A stretch of DNA of 64,000 bases from Candidatus Bathyarchaeum tardum (GTDB lineage: Archaea; Thermoproteota; Bathyarchaeia; Bathyarchaeales; Bathyarchaeaceae). Under the pieces are notes generated by a model. The model had not been told where the DNA came from. It ran no database searches and was given only the letters and a program-made list of their open reading frames with translations. The number at the start of each line of letters is the position of its first letter. Positions within the stretch are counted from its first letter, which is position 1. This document shows positions 20,356-30,621 of this stretch, one piece after another. The stretch lies in the NCBI GenBank assembly GCA_024650005.2, contig CP122380.1, positions 1,184,001 through 1,248,000 on the forward strand, written 5' to 3'. The translations under genes and the position numbers were made by a program.

Positions 20356-21534
20356 TTACTTGATATGAAGTTCTATTGTGTCTCCATCTTCAAGAACAAA
20401 ACTGCCCCCAACCTTTTGGGGGCTAAAACGTAGCCTTTTTCCCCAAATTTTGGCGTATGAAAATTGTTCGTAAAAATCGCTGTGTATTCTTTTGGCTAAA
20501 TCATAGACTGTTGAACCTTTTTTGATAGTAAATGGCCTAGGAGAAGCGTCTTTTTTGTTGGGTTCTTTGGTGTAGACCCTAATAATGTCAAGCATTCCAA
20601 AAATTTCAGAGCCTAAATCTTTTATTCCCTCTTTTGTGACGCAAGAAACACCAATAACTTTCATCTTGTTACCTACCTTCTTTTTCAACAACTCTAAGCG
20701 TTCGGCAGCCAAAGGATGATCAGACTTATTAGCGATAATTATTGCAGGACGGTACACTTTTCTTTCAAAAACTGCTTCTTCAATATCATCAAGAGTAGCT
20801 TCACCCCAAATTTTGATTGTAGCATCCCGTATTCCATAGCTTTTCAAAAGTTGTGTCAAGTCCTTTACAGTACAATCAATTAATTTGCCTAAAACAATAA
20901 ACTTCAACTTGGCACCCATGTGTTTTTTTTCAATTTCAATACGTGCCTTAGGTCTTTTAGTAAGAATTTTTGATTTTTCTAGCTCACTTAAAATTAGCGA
21001 AAGCTGTTCAACAGGATCTTGAGACAAATCAACCATCAGAACAAGACCATCAGCGTTTCGGGCAGAAGTTAGCGTTTGTAGACCCCAAGCTCCCCCTTCA
21101 GAGGAACCTTCCATAATTGCGGGTGTTTCAACCATCTGTAATTGTAAATCTTTATAATGAAACATCCCAGGTGTCGGCTCGGTTGTGGTATAAGGGTAAT
21201 TCAAAATAGCTACTTTTGAGTTCGTAAGTGTTGACAGCAAACTACTACGCCCTACATTAGTCGGACCTAAAAGAACAATCTGAGAGTCCCCTTCTTTTTC
21301 AATAAAAACTTTTGGACCCGTTGCTGAACCTGTTTTTTTCTGTTTTTTTTCTTCAATCTCTTTTTTGAGTAATGAAATCTTCCTTTTAACTTGAGCACGA
21401 AGGTTTTCAGTTCCTTTGTGTTTTGGAAACATGCTCATGAATTCTTGGAGTTTCTTGATTTTTTCCTCAGGTTTCCTAGCAAGAGACGCTTCACGGTATT
21501 TATTTTTTGCTTCTGCAGGAAGATTTGCCGGCAT
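20356..21534 (-). CDS. DRG/OBG-family GTPase with TGS domain
   Basis: MPANLP, PKHKGTE, GPTNVGRSS, YPYTT, NKSD, IRVYTK, L.DGD. Confidence 0.93.
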   Translation of the reverse strand: MPANLPAEAKNKYREASLARKPEEKIKKLQEFMSMFPKHKGTENLRAQVKRKISLLKKEIEEKKQKKTGSATGPKVFIEKEGDSQIVLLGPTNVGRSSLLSTLTNSKVAILNYPYTTTEPTPGMFHYKDLQLQMVETPAIMEGSSEGGAWGLQTLTSARNADGLVLMVDLSQDPVEQLSLILSELEKSKILTKRPKARIEIEKKHMGAKLKFIVLGKLIDCTVKDLTQLLKSYGIRDATIKIWGEATLDDIEEAVFERKVYRPAIIIANKSDHPLAAERLELLKKKVGNKMKVIGVSCVTKEGIKDLGSEIFGMLDIIRVYTKEPNKKDASPRPFTIKKGSTVYDLAKRIHSDFYEQFSYAKIWGKRLRFSPQKVGGSFVLEDGDTIELHIK

Positions 21535-21642
21535 GGTGTAATCATCTAGATAGTTAACGCGCTACAAAAAGAATATTATCTTTTCGAAAAATAACTACGT
21601 TAAAATCTATCTAATCAGACTAAAGTTACGAGGATAATAAAG

Positions 21643-22227
21643 TTGTCACCAAAACCGGATACATCTCATCACCTTTTTGACCCAAAGAATATCCATAGAT
21701 TAGAATCAAAAGAACGAAAAGCTACACAAGATCCCGAAATAATAATCAAGTTGTTAGACCTGAAATCAAATGATATCGTTGCAGACCTAGGAGCAGGAAC
21801 TGGATACTTTAGCATACCCATATCAAGCAGAGTAAAGCTCGTTTATGCAATTGATATCCAGCAGGAAATGTTAGATTACCTTAAACAAAAAATTGATCCA
21901 AATAAAAATTCTAACATTAGACTTATTCTTTCTAATGATGCAAATCAAGTCCCGTTGCAAAGTGAAAGTGTAGACTTTCTTTTGACTGTCAACACGTTAC
22001 ACGAGTTCCAAGATAAAGATACGATGATAACTGAAATTAAACGTGTTCTCAAACCAAAAGGAAAAACAGGTATAATTGATTTCAAAAAAGTTGATACAAT
22101 TTCTGGACCTCCTTTGTCTGTAAGGGTTTCACAACTGGATGCAATCAAGATGTTTGAGAACAATGGATTTACAAGTTTAAGCGTTCATGACCTTGCATCA
22201 AATTATTTACTTTTGTTCCAGAAATAG
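21643..22227 (+). CDS. Class I SAM-dependent methyltransferase
   Basis: VADLGAGTG, AIDIQ, LHEF, RVLKPKG. Confidence 0.92.
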   Translation: MSPKPDTSHHLFDPKNIHRLESKERKATQDPEIIIKLLDLKSNDIVADLGAGTGYFSIPISSRVKLVYAIDIQQEMLDYLKQKIDPNKNSNIRLILSNDANQVPLQSESVDFLLTVNTLHEFQDKDTMITEIKRVLKPKGKTGIIDFKKVDTISGPPLSVRVSQLDAIKMFENNGFTSLSVHDLASNYLLLFQK

Positions 22228-22245
22228 TGTTCCCCTATGGAGTTA

Positions 22246-22264
22246 TGTTGATGCTTTTGTATCC
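22246..22264 (-). repeat. 19-bp repeat, copy 2 (inverted)
   Basis: TGTTGATGCTTTTGTATCC; similarity to copy 3 extends through AACTCCA. Confidence 0.92.
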
Positions 22265-22543
22265 GTTTTATTTGTAGAAATCTTAACCCACGTTCTCGGC
22301 AGGTTTTGAAATGGTTTTTGTGGGTGAAAGCCCATCCCAATAATCATGTTTTTTAATCTCATTTCCAAACGTGGTGTTGTTTGTAACCTATTAACTAGGC
22401 AAATCAGCCCATTTTTATTAGTGTTAAGAGGCTTTCTAACATGTATTGGTGATGTTAGTGGTATGAGTATTATATAAAATAATTAATTCACTGACAATTT
22501 TTCTGTTCTCAAATAATCAATATTTTTTTCCGAAACACAAAGA

Positions 22544-22571
22544 TCCTAACAGTTCTCACCATCTGTTAAGC
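22544..22571. promoter_or_regulatory. 11-6-11 palindromic (dif-like) site abutting the recombinase TATA-like box
   Basis: TCCTAACAGTT-CTCACC-ATCTGTTAAGC followed by TTAAAT about 25 bp before ATG 22598. Confidence 0.6.
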
Positions 22572-22597
22572 TTAAATCTGTAGAATACAATAAAAAG

Positions 22598-23314
22598 ATG
22601 ACTGAAGGAAAACAAAAAATGGACGATTTATCACTGCCCGAAGTTGAAACAGTTCGCAAAAGAATTGAAACGACTAGAAAAAAAGAGGCAAAATTTTGTT
22701 TAATGGCTGCTTACTTGTTTTGTGCTCGAGCTTCAGAAATTGTAGGAACAACCAACAGTTATGATGTATCTCACAACCAAACCTTGGCTCGGGGTCCAAC
22801 AGGAAAAGATGTTAAAATTGAGAACTTTGAAGTTGGAGACATTAAAACCCAAGCCGCGGTCTTTACTGTTAGAACCGCAAAGCGTGATGGAAAAATACGA
22901 AAAATTGCGTTGCCTTTGGAAAAAGAGTTTGAACCGTGGACGGAACCTCTTTACATGTATTACCTTGAACACGAGGGTGGCAAAGTGTTTCCGTTCACGA
23001 GGCAAAAAGCTTGGAACTATGCGCAAGAAACATTTGATGGATTGAGATATCCTATCGAGAAATATAGCACCTACGATTCTGAAGAGAATAAACCAACGCC
23101 TGTAAAGTCACATATGAAGCCTTTCAGAACCCATGCTTTGCGCCATTTGCGGGCAACCGAATTAATTGAGAATTTCGGATTTACAGGATTTGACCTGTCA
23201 GTTTATGGGGGTTGGACACTTCGCAGCATGGTTGGTGTCGGGTCAGCAATGTCTAGATATGCTCATTTGGACTGGAGACGGTACTTCCCCAAATTGCTAA
23301 AGAAAAGGTTTTAA
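22598..23314 (+). CDS. Tyrosine recombinase, catalytic domain only
   Basis: ARASE (R), TAKR (K), HALRH (HxxR), GGW (W), SRY (Y); 238 aa, no N-terminal core-binding domain. Confidence 0.85.
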   Translation: MTEGKQKMDDLSLPEVETVRKRIETTRKKEAKFCLMAAYLFCARASEIVGTTNSYDVSHNQTLARGPTGKDVKIENFEVGDIKTQAAVFTVRTAKRDGKIRKIALPLEKEFEPWTEPLYMYYLEHEGGKVFPFTRQKAWNYAQETFDGLRYPIEKYSTYDSEENKPTPVKSHMKPFRTHALRHLRATELIENFGFTGFDLSVYGGWTLRSMVGVGSAMSRYAHLDWRRYFPKLLKKRF

Positions 23315-23446
23315 ACTATTCAAATAAATCATGTTTTTGGATTACTTTACTGAATCATTTTTTGCACCCCAATTACATACCTGAAAAATGTTAAAACAAT
23401 ATGTCAAATAGTTCGAAGTTAACATTTTAATGTTAAAATCAGGATG

Positions 23447-23474
23447 TCCTAACAGTTTCGTCAAACTGTTAGAT
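23447..23474. promoter_or_regulatory. 11-6-11 palindromic (dif-like) site, second copy
   Basis: TCCTAACAGTT-TCGTCA-AACTGTTAGAT; left arm identical to 22544..22554. Confidence 0.6.
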
Positions 23475-23721
23475 CTATGGATAATGCATTTTTAAAACTA
23501 ATAAAAAAATGACCCTCAAAAAAATACATTGAATATTATGTAAAAAAGCACTGAACAGGTTATTTCCAAAAAAATTGAAATGTTCCAAGATCAACAATGT
23601 ACACTCAGGTTTTTTACATGAAAAAGGTATGCCTGTGAGATGTAAAATATACTAGTGTTTCATTACTTGTTTTTGCATAACAAGCGATCTGCTGAACTAA
23701 TAGACCCCGTTCTTGACCTGT

Positions 23722-23740
23722 GGATACAAAAGCATCAACA
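23722..23740 (+). repeat. 19-bp repeat, copy 3
   Basis: GGATACAAAAGCATCAACA, in context TGTGGAT-ACAAAAGC-ATCAACA. Confidence 0.92.
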
Positions 23741-23851
23741 AACTCCACGTATTTTTTCGTTAGTTTACATTCAATGAGTGTACCACAATGCTTTCAAATT
23801 GTATTCAACCAACCTTTGAACACTTGAAACGCTAAAGTTAGCAGGTGACAA

Positions 23852-24535
23852 ATGATGACCGAAAAAATTGTTGTTGCTTCTTTGGTGTGCAAACACTTTG
23901 AAATTGAAGATGAAGTTGTCAGAGCACTCAATAGCATAAATCTAAGGATTAACCCAGGTGAATTCATTTGTTTATATGGACCTTCGGGTGCTGGAAAAAC
24001 AACTTTGCTCAACATAATTGGCGGATTAGACAAACCAACATCTGGAAAAATTTTGGTATTTGACCATGACCTTGGAACATACGATGAAGACTTTTTGGCT
24101 ACCTTTCGGGCTACCCATATCGGATTTGTTTTTCAATCCTACAATTTAATCTCAACTTTAACAGCTAAAGAAAACATCGCGTTTGCTATGGAATTAGCAG
24201 GCTGGAAAAACAATCGAATTAACGAGCGATCGGACTTGCTGCTAAAGATGATTGGGTTAGAAAGACGCAAAAATCATTTTCCTGCTCAACTCAGCGGAGG
24301 TGAACGCCAACGGATAGCCTTTGCTCGTGCACTAGCGAATGAGCCACCTTTGCTTCTTGCAGATGAGCCAACCGGAAACTTAGACCCTGAAACAGGTCTA
24401 GAAATTTTTCGGATTCTTGAACAGATTAAGACTGATGGAAAGACAGTTATTGTTGCCACGCATGACCAAAGACTACTGAAACTAGCTAGCCGTTCTTTTC
24501 ATATCAAGGAGGGGAGGCTCATACAATATGAGTGA
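23852..24535 (+). CDS. ABC transporter ATP-binding protein (LolD/MacB type)
   Basis: GPSGAGKT, LSGGERQR, LLADEPTGNLD. Confidence 0.95.
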   Translation: MMTEKIVVASLVCKHFEIEDEVVRALNSINLRINPGEFICLYGPSGAGKTTLLNIIGGLDKPTSGKILVFDHDLGTYDEDFLATFRATHIGFVFQSYNLISTLTAKENIAFAMELAGWKNNRINERSDLLLKMIGLERRKNHFPAQLSGGERQRIAFARALANEPPLLLADEPTGNLDPETGLEIFRILEQIKTDGKTVIVATHDQRLLKLASRSFHIKEGRLIQYE

Positions 24536-26399
24536 AATAGGTTTTCCCCTGAAAGATTTGACTAGGAGAAAACAGCAAACAACTTTGACTTTTGTTGGTT
24601 TAACTATAACCCTATCAGCGACAGTTTTTTTGATCCTTTTTGGAACTAACTTGGGTTTTGAAATTTCGCTGTTCACGCAAAGTAACCAATTAACTTCTGG
24701 ATTTAACAGCATTTTTTCTCAATTTATTCTGACAGTCCTTATTTTGAACATTTTAACTGGTCTAATAGTAACATCATTTCTTGTTTATCTGATAATGTCT
24801 ACCCGTATGAAAGACATAGGAATAATGAAAGCTTCAGGCTGTCTAGAAAATTCGGTTTTTTCTTACTTCTTTACTGAAATCTCATTGATAGTGATATTTA
24901 GCACACTAATTGGAACATGTTTAGGAATAATAAGTTATTATTGTTCTACATTTTTTCTAAACGTTACAGGCTTTTCGATTTCACAAAATCTTAACATTGC
25001 TGCGATAATTTTAGTTGGGGGTATTTCAATCATTTTTTCTCATTTTTTTGGTGCATTACCATTAAAAAAGGCGGCAAAAGCAAAACCGTTGGATGCAATG
25101 TCATCTACATACCAACAAGAATCAAACGTTAGTGTGGGCGAAAATTTTCCTTCAAAGCTTGGGTTCTGCCTTAAAGTAGTTTACCGTAACTTAGTTCGCA
25201 GACAATCATCAACAATCCAAGCAATAATATGTTTAACAGCGGTTTTTACCTTGATTACTGTAATAATTGCAGGCGGTTTAATCGCCAATGAAACAACTTT
25301 AAGCTATGTTGAACGGGCAATAGGTAAAAACGTCGTTATTTTGGGTCATTCAACAGTTACGGGACGTTATGTTGATTTGCTTTCTGAACTTTTTGAGTCT
25401 AAACCGGTTGAACAACTCGATTATTTAGACTCAAAATATGCAATTTCAGAACAGTTTGTGGGAAAATTGGAAACTATCCACGGCGTAACTGCAGTTGATG
25501 CGCGGTTAATATTAGAAACCCAAGTTAGGGAGGGTCTGGGAGTTGTACTTGATCCAATAGAAAAATCAGAAGCGATACTGATTGGAGGTAACCGAACAAA
25601 CGATGCACTTGTTCTAGGTATTCACCCCGAAAGAGTGGTTAACGATTGGCTTTTTTACGGTAAAAAGGTAGGGGTAAATGACCAAAATGTTGCGATGATT
25701 GGCGATTCACTGGCTAGCAACATGTTTGATGATGCTACAAATCAAAGGATTCGAGTTTTTGAACAAAGCAAAGTGCCCTACGACGTAATAGGGGTATGTG
25801 TTGATCCCCTTAACAATGGAAAAGTTGTGTATGTACCCCTAAAAACAATGTACAACGACACTGGAAAGAATGGGTATAACCTTGTTTTCCTTAAACTTGA
25901 TTATTTAGTAAACCCTCAGGTTCTTCAACAAATTACGGAAATTGTGTCTAACGAAAATCTAGATGTTGTTGAGCTTGATTTTGTTCTTAATAACCATACA
26001 CGCTTTTTGAATAATATATGGTCGTTAGTAATGTTTTTGCCCCTTTTCACTGTGGTGACAGCAGTAATTGCGCTTTTCAGTTACCTAAATTTGATGATTA
26101 CTGGGCAACAACACGAATTTGGAGTCATGAAAGCGTTAGGTGCAAAACAAAAAACCGTTTCAAAAATCATTTTTTGTCACGCAACAATAATAATCTTAAT
26201 CAGTGGATTAATTGGAATTTTTGGAGGGTTATTTATTACTATTGGCTTTTTATTTCCAGACCCTGTTATTTCCCATTTAACAGTCATTTCTGTTTTCATT
26301 TTGTTAGTAAGCATATTGGGTTTACTTTGTGTTTCCAGTTTGTATCCTGCATTAAAAGCAGCAAACAAAGATGTTCTTGATGCAATTTATTCAATTTAA
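24528..26399 (+). CDS. FtsX/MacB-like ABC permease
   Basis: Two R..DIGIMKA.G / EFGVMKALG repeats, many TMs; overlaps ATPase gene. Confidence 0.9.
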   Translation: MSEIGFPLKDLTRRKQQTTLTFVGLTITLSATVFLILFGTNLGFEISLFTQSNQLTSGFNSIFSQFILTVLILNILTGLIVTSFLVYLIMSTRMKDIGIMKASGCLENSVFSYFFTEISLIVIFSTLIGTCLGIISYYCSTFFLNVTGFSISQNLNIAAIILVGGISIIFSHFFGALPLKKAAKAKPLDAMSSTYQQESNVSVGENFPSKLGFCLKVVYRNLVRRQSSTIQAIICLTAVFTLITVIIAGGLIANETTLSYVERAIGKNVVILGHSTVTGRYVDLLSELFESKPVEQLDYLDSKYAISEQFVGKLETIHGVTAVDARLILETQVREGLGVVLDPIEKSEAILIGGNRTNDALVLGIHPERVVNDWLFYGKKVGVNDQNVAMIGDSLASNMFDDATNQRIRVFEQSKVPYDVIGVCVDPLNNGKVVYVPLKTMYNDTGKNGYNLVFLKLDYLVNPQVLQQITEIVSNENLDVVELDFVLNNHTRFLNNIWSLVMFLPLFTVVTAVIALFSYLNLMITGQQHEFGVMKALGAKQKTVSKIIFCHATIIILISGLIGIFGGLFITIGFLFPDPVISHLTVISVFILLVSILGLLCVSSLYPALKAANKDVLDAIYSI

Positions 26400-26409
26400 T
26401 AGAAGTGAA

Positions 26410-27132
26410 TTATGTGTTATCCTCAGAATAATCTGATATTTTAGGTCCAAGATTAGCTCGAAAATGAACTAATTCTTTTTGGTGTCCTAAAAATTCATCA
26501 ACAAAGTTTTGAAGTTGCAGAATTGGTACCACGGGTACTTTATTGTAAAATTTCACTGGACCTGGAAACAAAGAAAGTATAGCAGGAAATAATGTTGCTT
26601 GAGTCCAGTTGTTTAAGCCTAATTTTTTTTGCATGAAATCAAATGAATTTGCTAGGGCTTGTGTTCTTTGTGCTTGTTCAGCAGCAACACGGGTTATTGA
26701 TGAATTTCCCCAACCCCGTCGCCACCGTTTACAATCTACGGAAACAATAATTGGTTCACTATGTGCTACGACGTCAATTTCCCATCTTCGTTGTGCTGCT
26801 TTGAATCTGAAATTTCTCTTGACAACAAAATTGTTTTTTTCAAAATTTTTAGCAACAAAGTTTTCAAATTCTTTCCATTCAAGAACTTTACAGACTTGTT
26901 CAACGTCAGTTCCTTGGTTGATGGCATAAAGAGCTAATTTGACACGTTGGCTTGAAGAAAGTTCAATTTGTTCATTATCATATTCGATTAAATCATGCTC
27001 ATAAAGCCCATTTAAGATATTGTTTGCTACTTGAACTGGAACTTTTGCTTCACGAGAAACAATCTGTTTAACAACAGGCTTATCTGTTGTGTACTTAAGT
27101 AACGTAATAATTACGTCTGTTTGAGTAGTCAT
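26410..27132 (-). CDS. PD-(D/E)XK restriction-endonuclease-like protein (Mrr/NERD-like)
   Basis: WKEFE..V...F, WEIDVVA, VDCKRW. Confidence 0.75.
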   Translation of the reverse strand: MTTQTDVIITLLKYTTDKPVVKQIVSREAKVPVQVANNILNGLYEHDLIEYDNEQIELSSSQRVKLALYAINQGTDVEQVCKVLEWKEFENFVAKNFEKNNFVVKRNFRFKAAQRRWEIDVVAHSEPIIVSVDCKRWRRGWGNSSITRVAAEQAQRTQALANSFDFMQKKLGLNNWTQATLFPAILSLFPGPVKFYNKVPVVPILQLQNFVDEFLGHQKELVHFRANLGPKISDYSEDNT

Positions 27133-27148
27133 ATTTTTTTTCCAAAAA

Positions 27149-27907
27149 TCAAATGAATAAGTCGTCTTGGGGAGATCTCGTCATTATTGTTGCGTTTGCT
27201 GTTTCAGATTTCGGATAATCATATCCACGGATTATTGCAACAGGCATTCCTTCATTTGTTTGTCCAATTACTAATTCAGCGGCAGAAGCTAATTCATCTG
27301 CGATTGCAGTTCTTTTTATCCTGATTGTGTATCCAAAAAGGTCGATTTCACCCCGGCGATCTCGTAACGGTTCAAAGCCTGATGTTCCTAAGGCTATGTT
27401 TATTTCACCGTGCCGAAGGGGGCGACCATGTGTGTCAGAAACAATTACAGCTACATCTTTTGCTGTTATTTCATTTATACGTTTACGAATCTTTTGAGCA
27501 GACAGATCTGAATCCTCAGGTAAAGGTGCTACAATGTCATTTCCAGCAACATTAGATTGATCAATTCCTGAATTTGCGCAAACAATTCCATGTTTTGTTT
27601 CTGTGATTAGTTTGCCTTTTCTCATGCGGACAATACTTTTTGATTCTCTAAGGACAACTTCAACTAGACGCGGATCTTTATCTGATGTTTGTGCAATAGT
27701 TTCAGCAAATTTAGAAGGAGTTATTGTGTTAAGATCCACTATTTTTCCTTCTGCCCGTGACACAATAACATGGGTAACTACTATTACGTCACCATTTTTG
27801 ATGTGAGTTCCTTGATTTTCTGCAGCTTCACAGATTAACCGAGCTAAATCGTCTCCTTCTTTTATAATGGGCAACCCAGTTACTGGAAAAATTTCAACTT
27901 TGTTCAA
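27149..27907 (-). CDS. cofE: Coenzyme F420-0:L-glutamate ligase
   Basis: GLP.IKEGDDL, IVSRAEG, CANSGIDQSN, DTHGRPLR, ADELA. Confidence 0.95.
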   Translation of the reverse strand: MNKVEIFPVTGLPIIKEGDDLARLICEAAENQGTHIKNGDVIVVTHVIVSRAEGKIVDLNTITPSKFAETIAQTSDKDPRLVEVVLRESKSIVRMRKGKLITETKHGIVCANSGIDQSNVAGNDIVAPLPEDSDLSAQKIRKRINEITAKDVAVIVSDTHGRPLRHGEINIALGTSGFEPLRDRRGEIDLFGYTIRIKRTAIADELASAAELVIGQTNEGMPVAIIRGYDYPKSETANATIMTRSPQDDLFI

Positions 27908-28181
27908 TGAATGAGCCTCTTCAATGGAGTAAACACGGAGGGTTTAATATCATTCGATGCGCTAAACAATAGAAAGATGCGTAATCATGATTATTATGAA
28001 AAGTCATGCACTACATTTTTTATACCTTAATGGCAAATTGAACCTAATATGGGGTAAAAAATTTGAATCAAGTTTTAGGGATTTAATTATAAATGTATAA
28101 TACGCAGATATCATTTTACTCTAAAAGCACATTTCTTGTCAAGATTTGACTTGAGAATCATTGCAGCATATAAACGATAGG

Positions 28182-28883
28182 TTAATTCAAAAAAATTTCC
28201 ACTTTTTTTAGGTCTTGAAGCGTATTTACATTAAAAAAGCTATTCAGTTTAGGGTCCAATTGTTGTAATGCTACAGTTGAGATGTATCTTATTTGGTTAA
28301 GATTTTCAATCATTGAACGCATGTCCAAGTGTTTTTGGAGCAATGCTTTTTTTGCAGCAATTAAAGTAGGCTCTGTACGATATACTGCCTGAAGAGGTTC
28401 AAGGTAACCACTTGGCCATCGAGGAATTACAGCATTTTTATCGTAACTTAATTCGAAAAGAAGTTGCACTACCTTTGTTGAAACTAACGGGGCATCACAT
28501 GGGAGAAGTACAGAAACATTTCCAGTAGCTACTGAAAAACCAGTTATTGTACCTATTAGTGGACTTTGAGATTCATCTTCATCAATTATTATTTTTGTAT
28601 TTTCTCCTACGATCGGTTCAAAATTTATTTTCTGTTGTTCAGAGCTTACAACAACTAAAATTTCATCAACCACTGTGGAAACGTTATCAATTACATGCCG
28701 CACAAGAGGTTTATTCTTCAAAAGAACCAGTCCTTTATCGCTACCAAATCTTCGTGAGAAACCTCCCGCCAGAATTATCGCTGATTTTTTCAACGTTATC
28801 TCGACCACGATGTAACCTTTAGCTATTATTCTTTTCTTTACCTGAAATAACCTCATAAGCGTCTTGTTCGGCTTTTCGAACAA
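28182..28883 (-). CDS. mobA: Molybdenum cofactor guanylyltransferase
   Basis: AIILAGGFSRRFGSDKG, PCDAP, EPLQAVY, FFNVNT; true start probably ~28796. Confidence 0.92.
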   Translation of the reverse strand: MFEKPNKTLMRLFQVKKRIIAKGYIVVEITLKKSAIILAGGFSRRFGSDKGLVLLKNKPLVRHVIDNVSTVVDEILVVVSSEQQKINFEPIVGENTKIIIDEDESQSPLIGTITGFSVATGNVSVLLPCDAPLVSTKVVQLLFELSYDKNAVIPRWPSGYLEPLQAVYRTEPTLIAAKKALLQKHLDMRSMIENLNQIRYISTVALQQLDPKLNSFFNVNTLQDLKKVEIFLN

Positions 28884-29506
28884 ATTCGATTAACTGCAAT
28901 TGTTTTTTGAGTTAACTAACGTACAAAATCTTACCGATTGAACCTAAACCATTAACTTCTAAATAATCAACATTAAAAATTAACAAATAATTGTTAATTA
29001 TTTTCGCATTCGCCTAATTTCGCTATTGTCCAAACAAAAATCAACGAGACATATTTTTGAAACATTTAATAAATTCAAAAAAATCAAATAAACAGAAGGT
29101 ATAACTTGCAAATGATGTTCAAAAAATCACCTTCAAGAATTCAAACAGCTTTTCCAATGTTTGAAACAAAAAAAGAGACCAGTATTGTGCCCTACTTTCA
29201 ACGTTAAAGGCGTAGCATAGCCAAAATTGCACAAACCATTTCCCATTCAATATTAAAACTACCATTTTTTCAGAAAACTTAAGTTCAAAAAATAAGGTAA
29301 CATAACGATTCACTCATTTTTTACTTGAAAAAATATTTGATTTTAAATTAAAAAATTATCTGAAAACCAATATATAAGGTTCGACATCAATCGGTAAAAA
29401 CGATTCTTCAAGTCGAAATGTAAAGAACAAAAAGAGCAAAACTCGGATATTTTAGTTACAAAAAGAATATTATTCAAAAACATTGAAGTTCTAATAGTGT
29501 TCGGGC

Positions 29507-29968
29507 ATGTTTAGCAAAATTTTAGTTGCTATTGATGGTTCTAAAACTGCTGATAGAGCGGTAGAATTTGCACTTGATCTAGCTGGAAAATACTCTGCAG
29601 AATTATTGATTGTTAGTGTGTTTTATGTGATATCAACCCCTTTAGTGGCACGCGGCATGGGTTTTTCCTCGCCAAGTACAACTAAACAAATTGAAGAACT
29701 GGGGTCATTCCATGAAAAGATACTGGTTGATGCTGTAAAAAAGGCAAAGCAAGTAAATGGTAAATTGAAGGTTACAAAAAAGTTGATGAATGGTCCTGTA
29801 GCACATAAGATCGTCGAAACAGCAAACAATGGTCAGTTTGATTTGATAGTTATTGGAAACAGGGGTCTGGGGGGAATTAAAGAAATATTTCTTGGAAGTG
29901 TCAGTGACCGAGTTGTAGACGAAGCAAAATGTCCAGTGTTAATAGTTAAAGAGAATAATATTTCATAA
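29507..29968 (+). CDS. Universal stress protein
   Basis: KILVAIDGS, GNRGLGG....LGSVS..V...A.CPVLIV. Confidence 0.95.
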   Translation: MFSKILVAIDGSKTADRAVEFALDLAGKYSAELLIVSVFYVISTPLVARGMGFSSPSTTKQIEELGSFHEKILVDAVKKAKQVNGKLKVTKKLMNGPVAHKIVETANNGQFDLIVIGNRGLGGIKEIFLGSVSDRVVDEAKCPVLIVKENNIS

Positions 29969-29971
29969 TGC

Positions 29972-30598
29972 TTAGTCTATTAGCACCATACCAAATGTTT
30001 CAGGAGCGCCCTGCATCGGAAAAGGTACCGGCATTCCAGCATTCTCCAAGGTTTGTTTAATGTTAACACCAACAGATTGCGCAGTATAGCGTGCTTCGCT
30101 TGGATGAAGACAGAGTTTTTGTTCGAGATTACATTTTTCACACAGTAAACAAGAACCAGTAGTGAATCCAACAGCCATACTGTAGCCTTTGTTCATTGCA
30201 GCTTTTTCGAGGTCACGAACCATTTTCAGCAAATGTAGTTTGTCTTTTTTCCATGTAATCCAAAATGTATGTATTTTTTTGCGCATTTCTTCTGTTAACG
30301 AGGGATCGTTTTCATCTTTTGAAAGAAGTTTAACAATTTCAGGAGTCACGTGTGCTTTGCTTTTGAATTTTAGAATTAATGCGTAACGGTATTCACTTAA
30401 TATTGTTCTAAATTCATTTGTACTCGGCGAATAAGGTGGACACATCAACGTTTTGCCATAGTGTTTGCAGCCTACACGACATTTGAGTACTACACGGTTT
30501 TCAACAATAATTTCGTTTGCTGGAATTATTTTTGTTTCTGAAGCACCTAGTTCGAGGGCTAACATTGTAAGAAAACTAAACTCAGATTCTTTGCTCAT
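29972..30598 (-). CDS. DUF2284 metal-binding protein
   Basis: KC..GC..YGK...CPP, GSC.LC.KC, C.HP..AR. Confidence 0.88.
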   Translation of the reverse strand: MSKESEFSFLTMLALELGASETKIIPANEIIVENRVVLKCRVGCKHYGKTLMCPPYSPSTNEFRTILSEYRYALILKFKSKAHVTPEIVKLLSKDENDPSLTEEMRKKIHTFWITWKKDKLHLLKMVRDLEKAAMNKGYSMAVGFTTGSCLLCEKCNLEQKLCLHPSEARYTAQSVGVNIKQTLENAGMPVPFPMQGAPETFGMVLID

Positions 30599-30621
30599 TC
30601 TAATCAGATTCCCATAAATGA

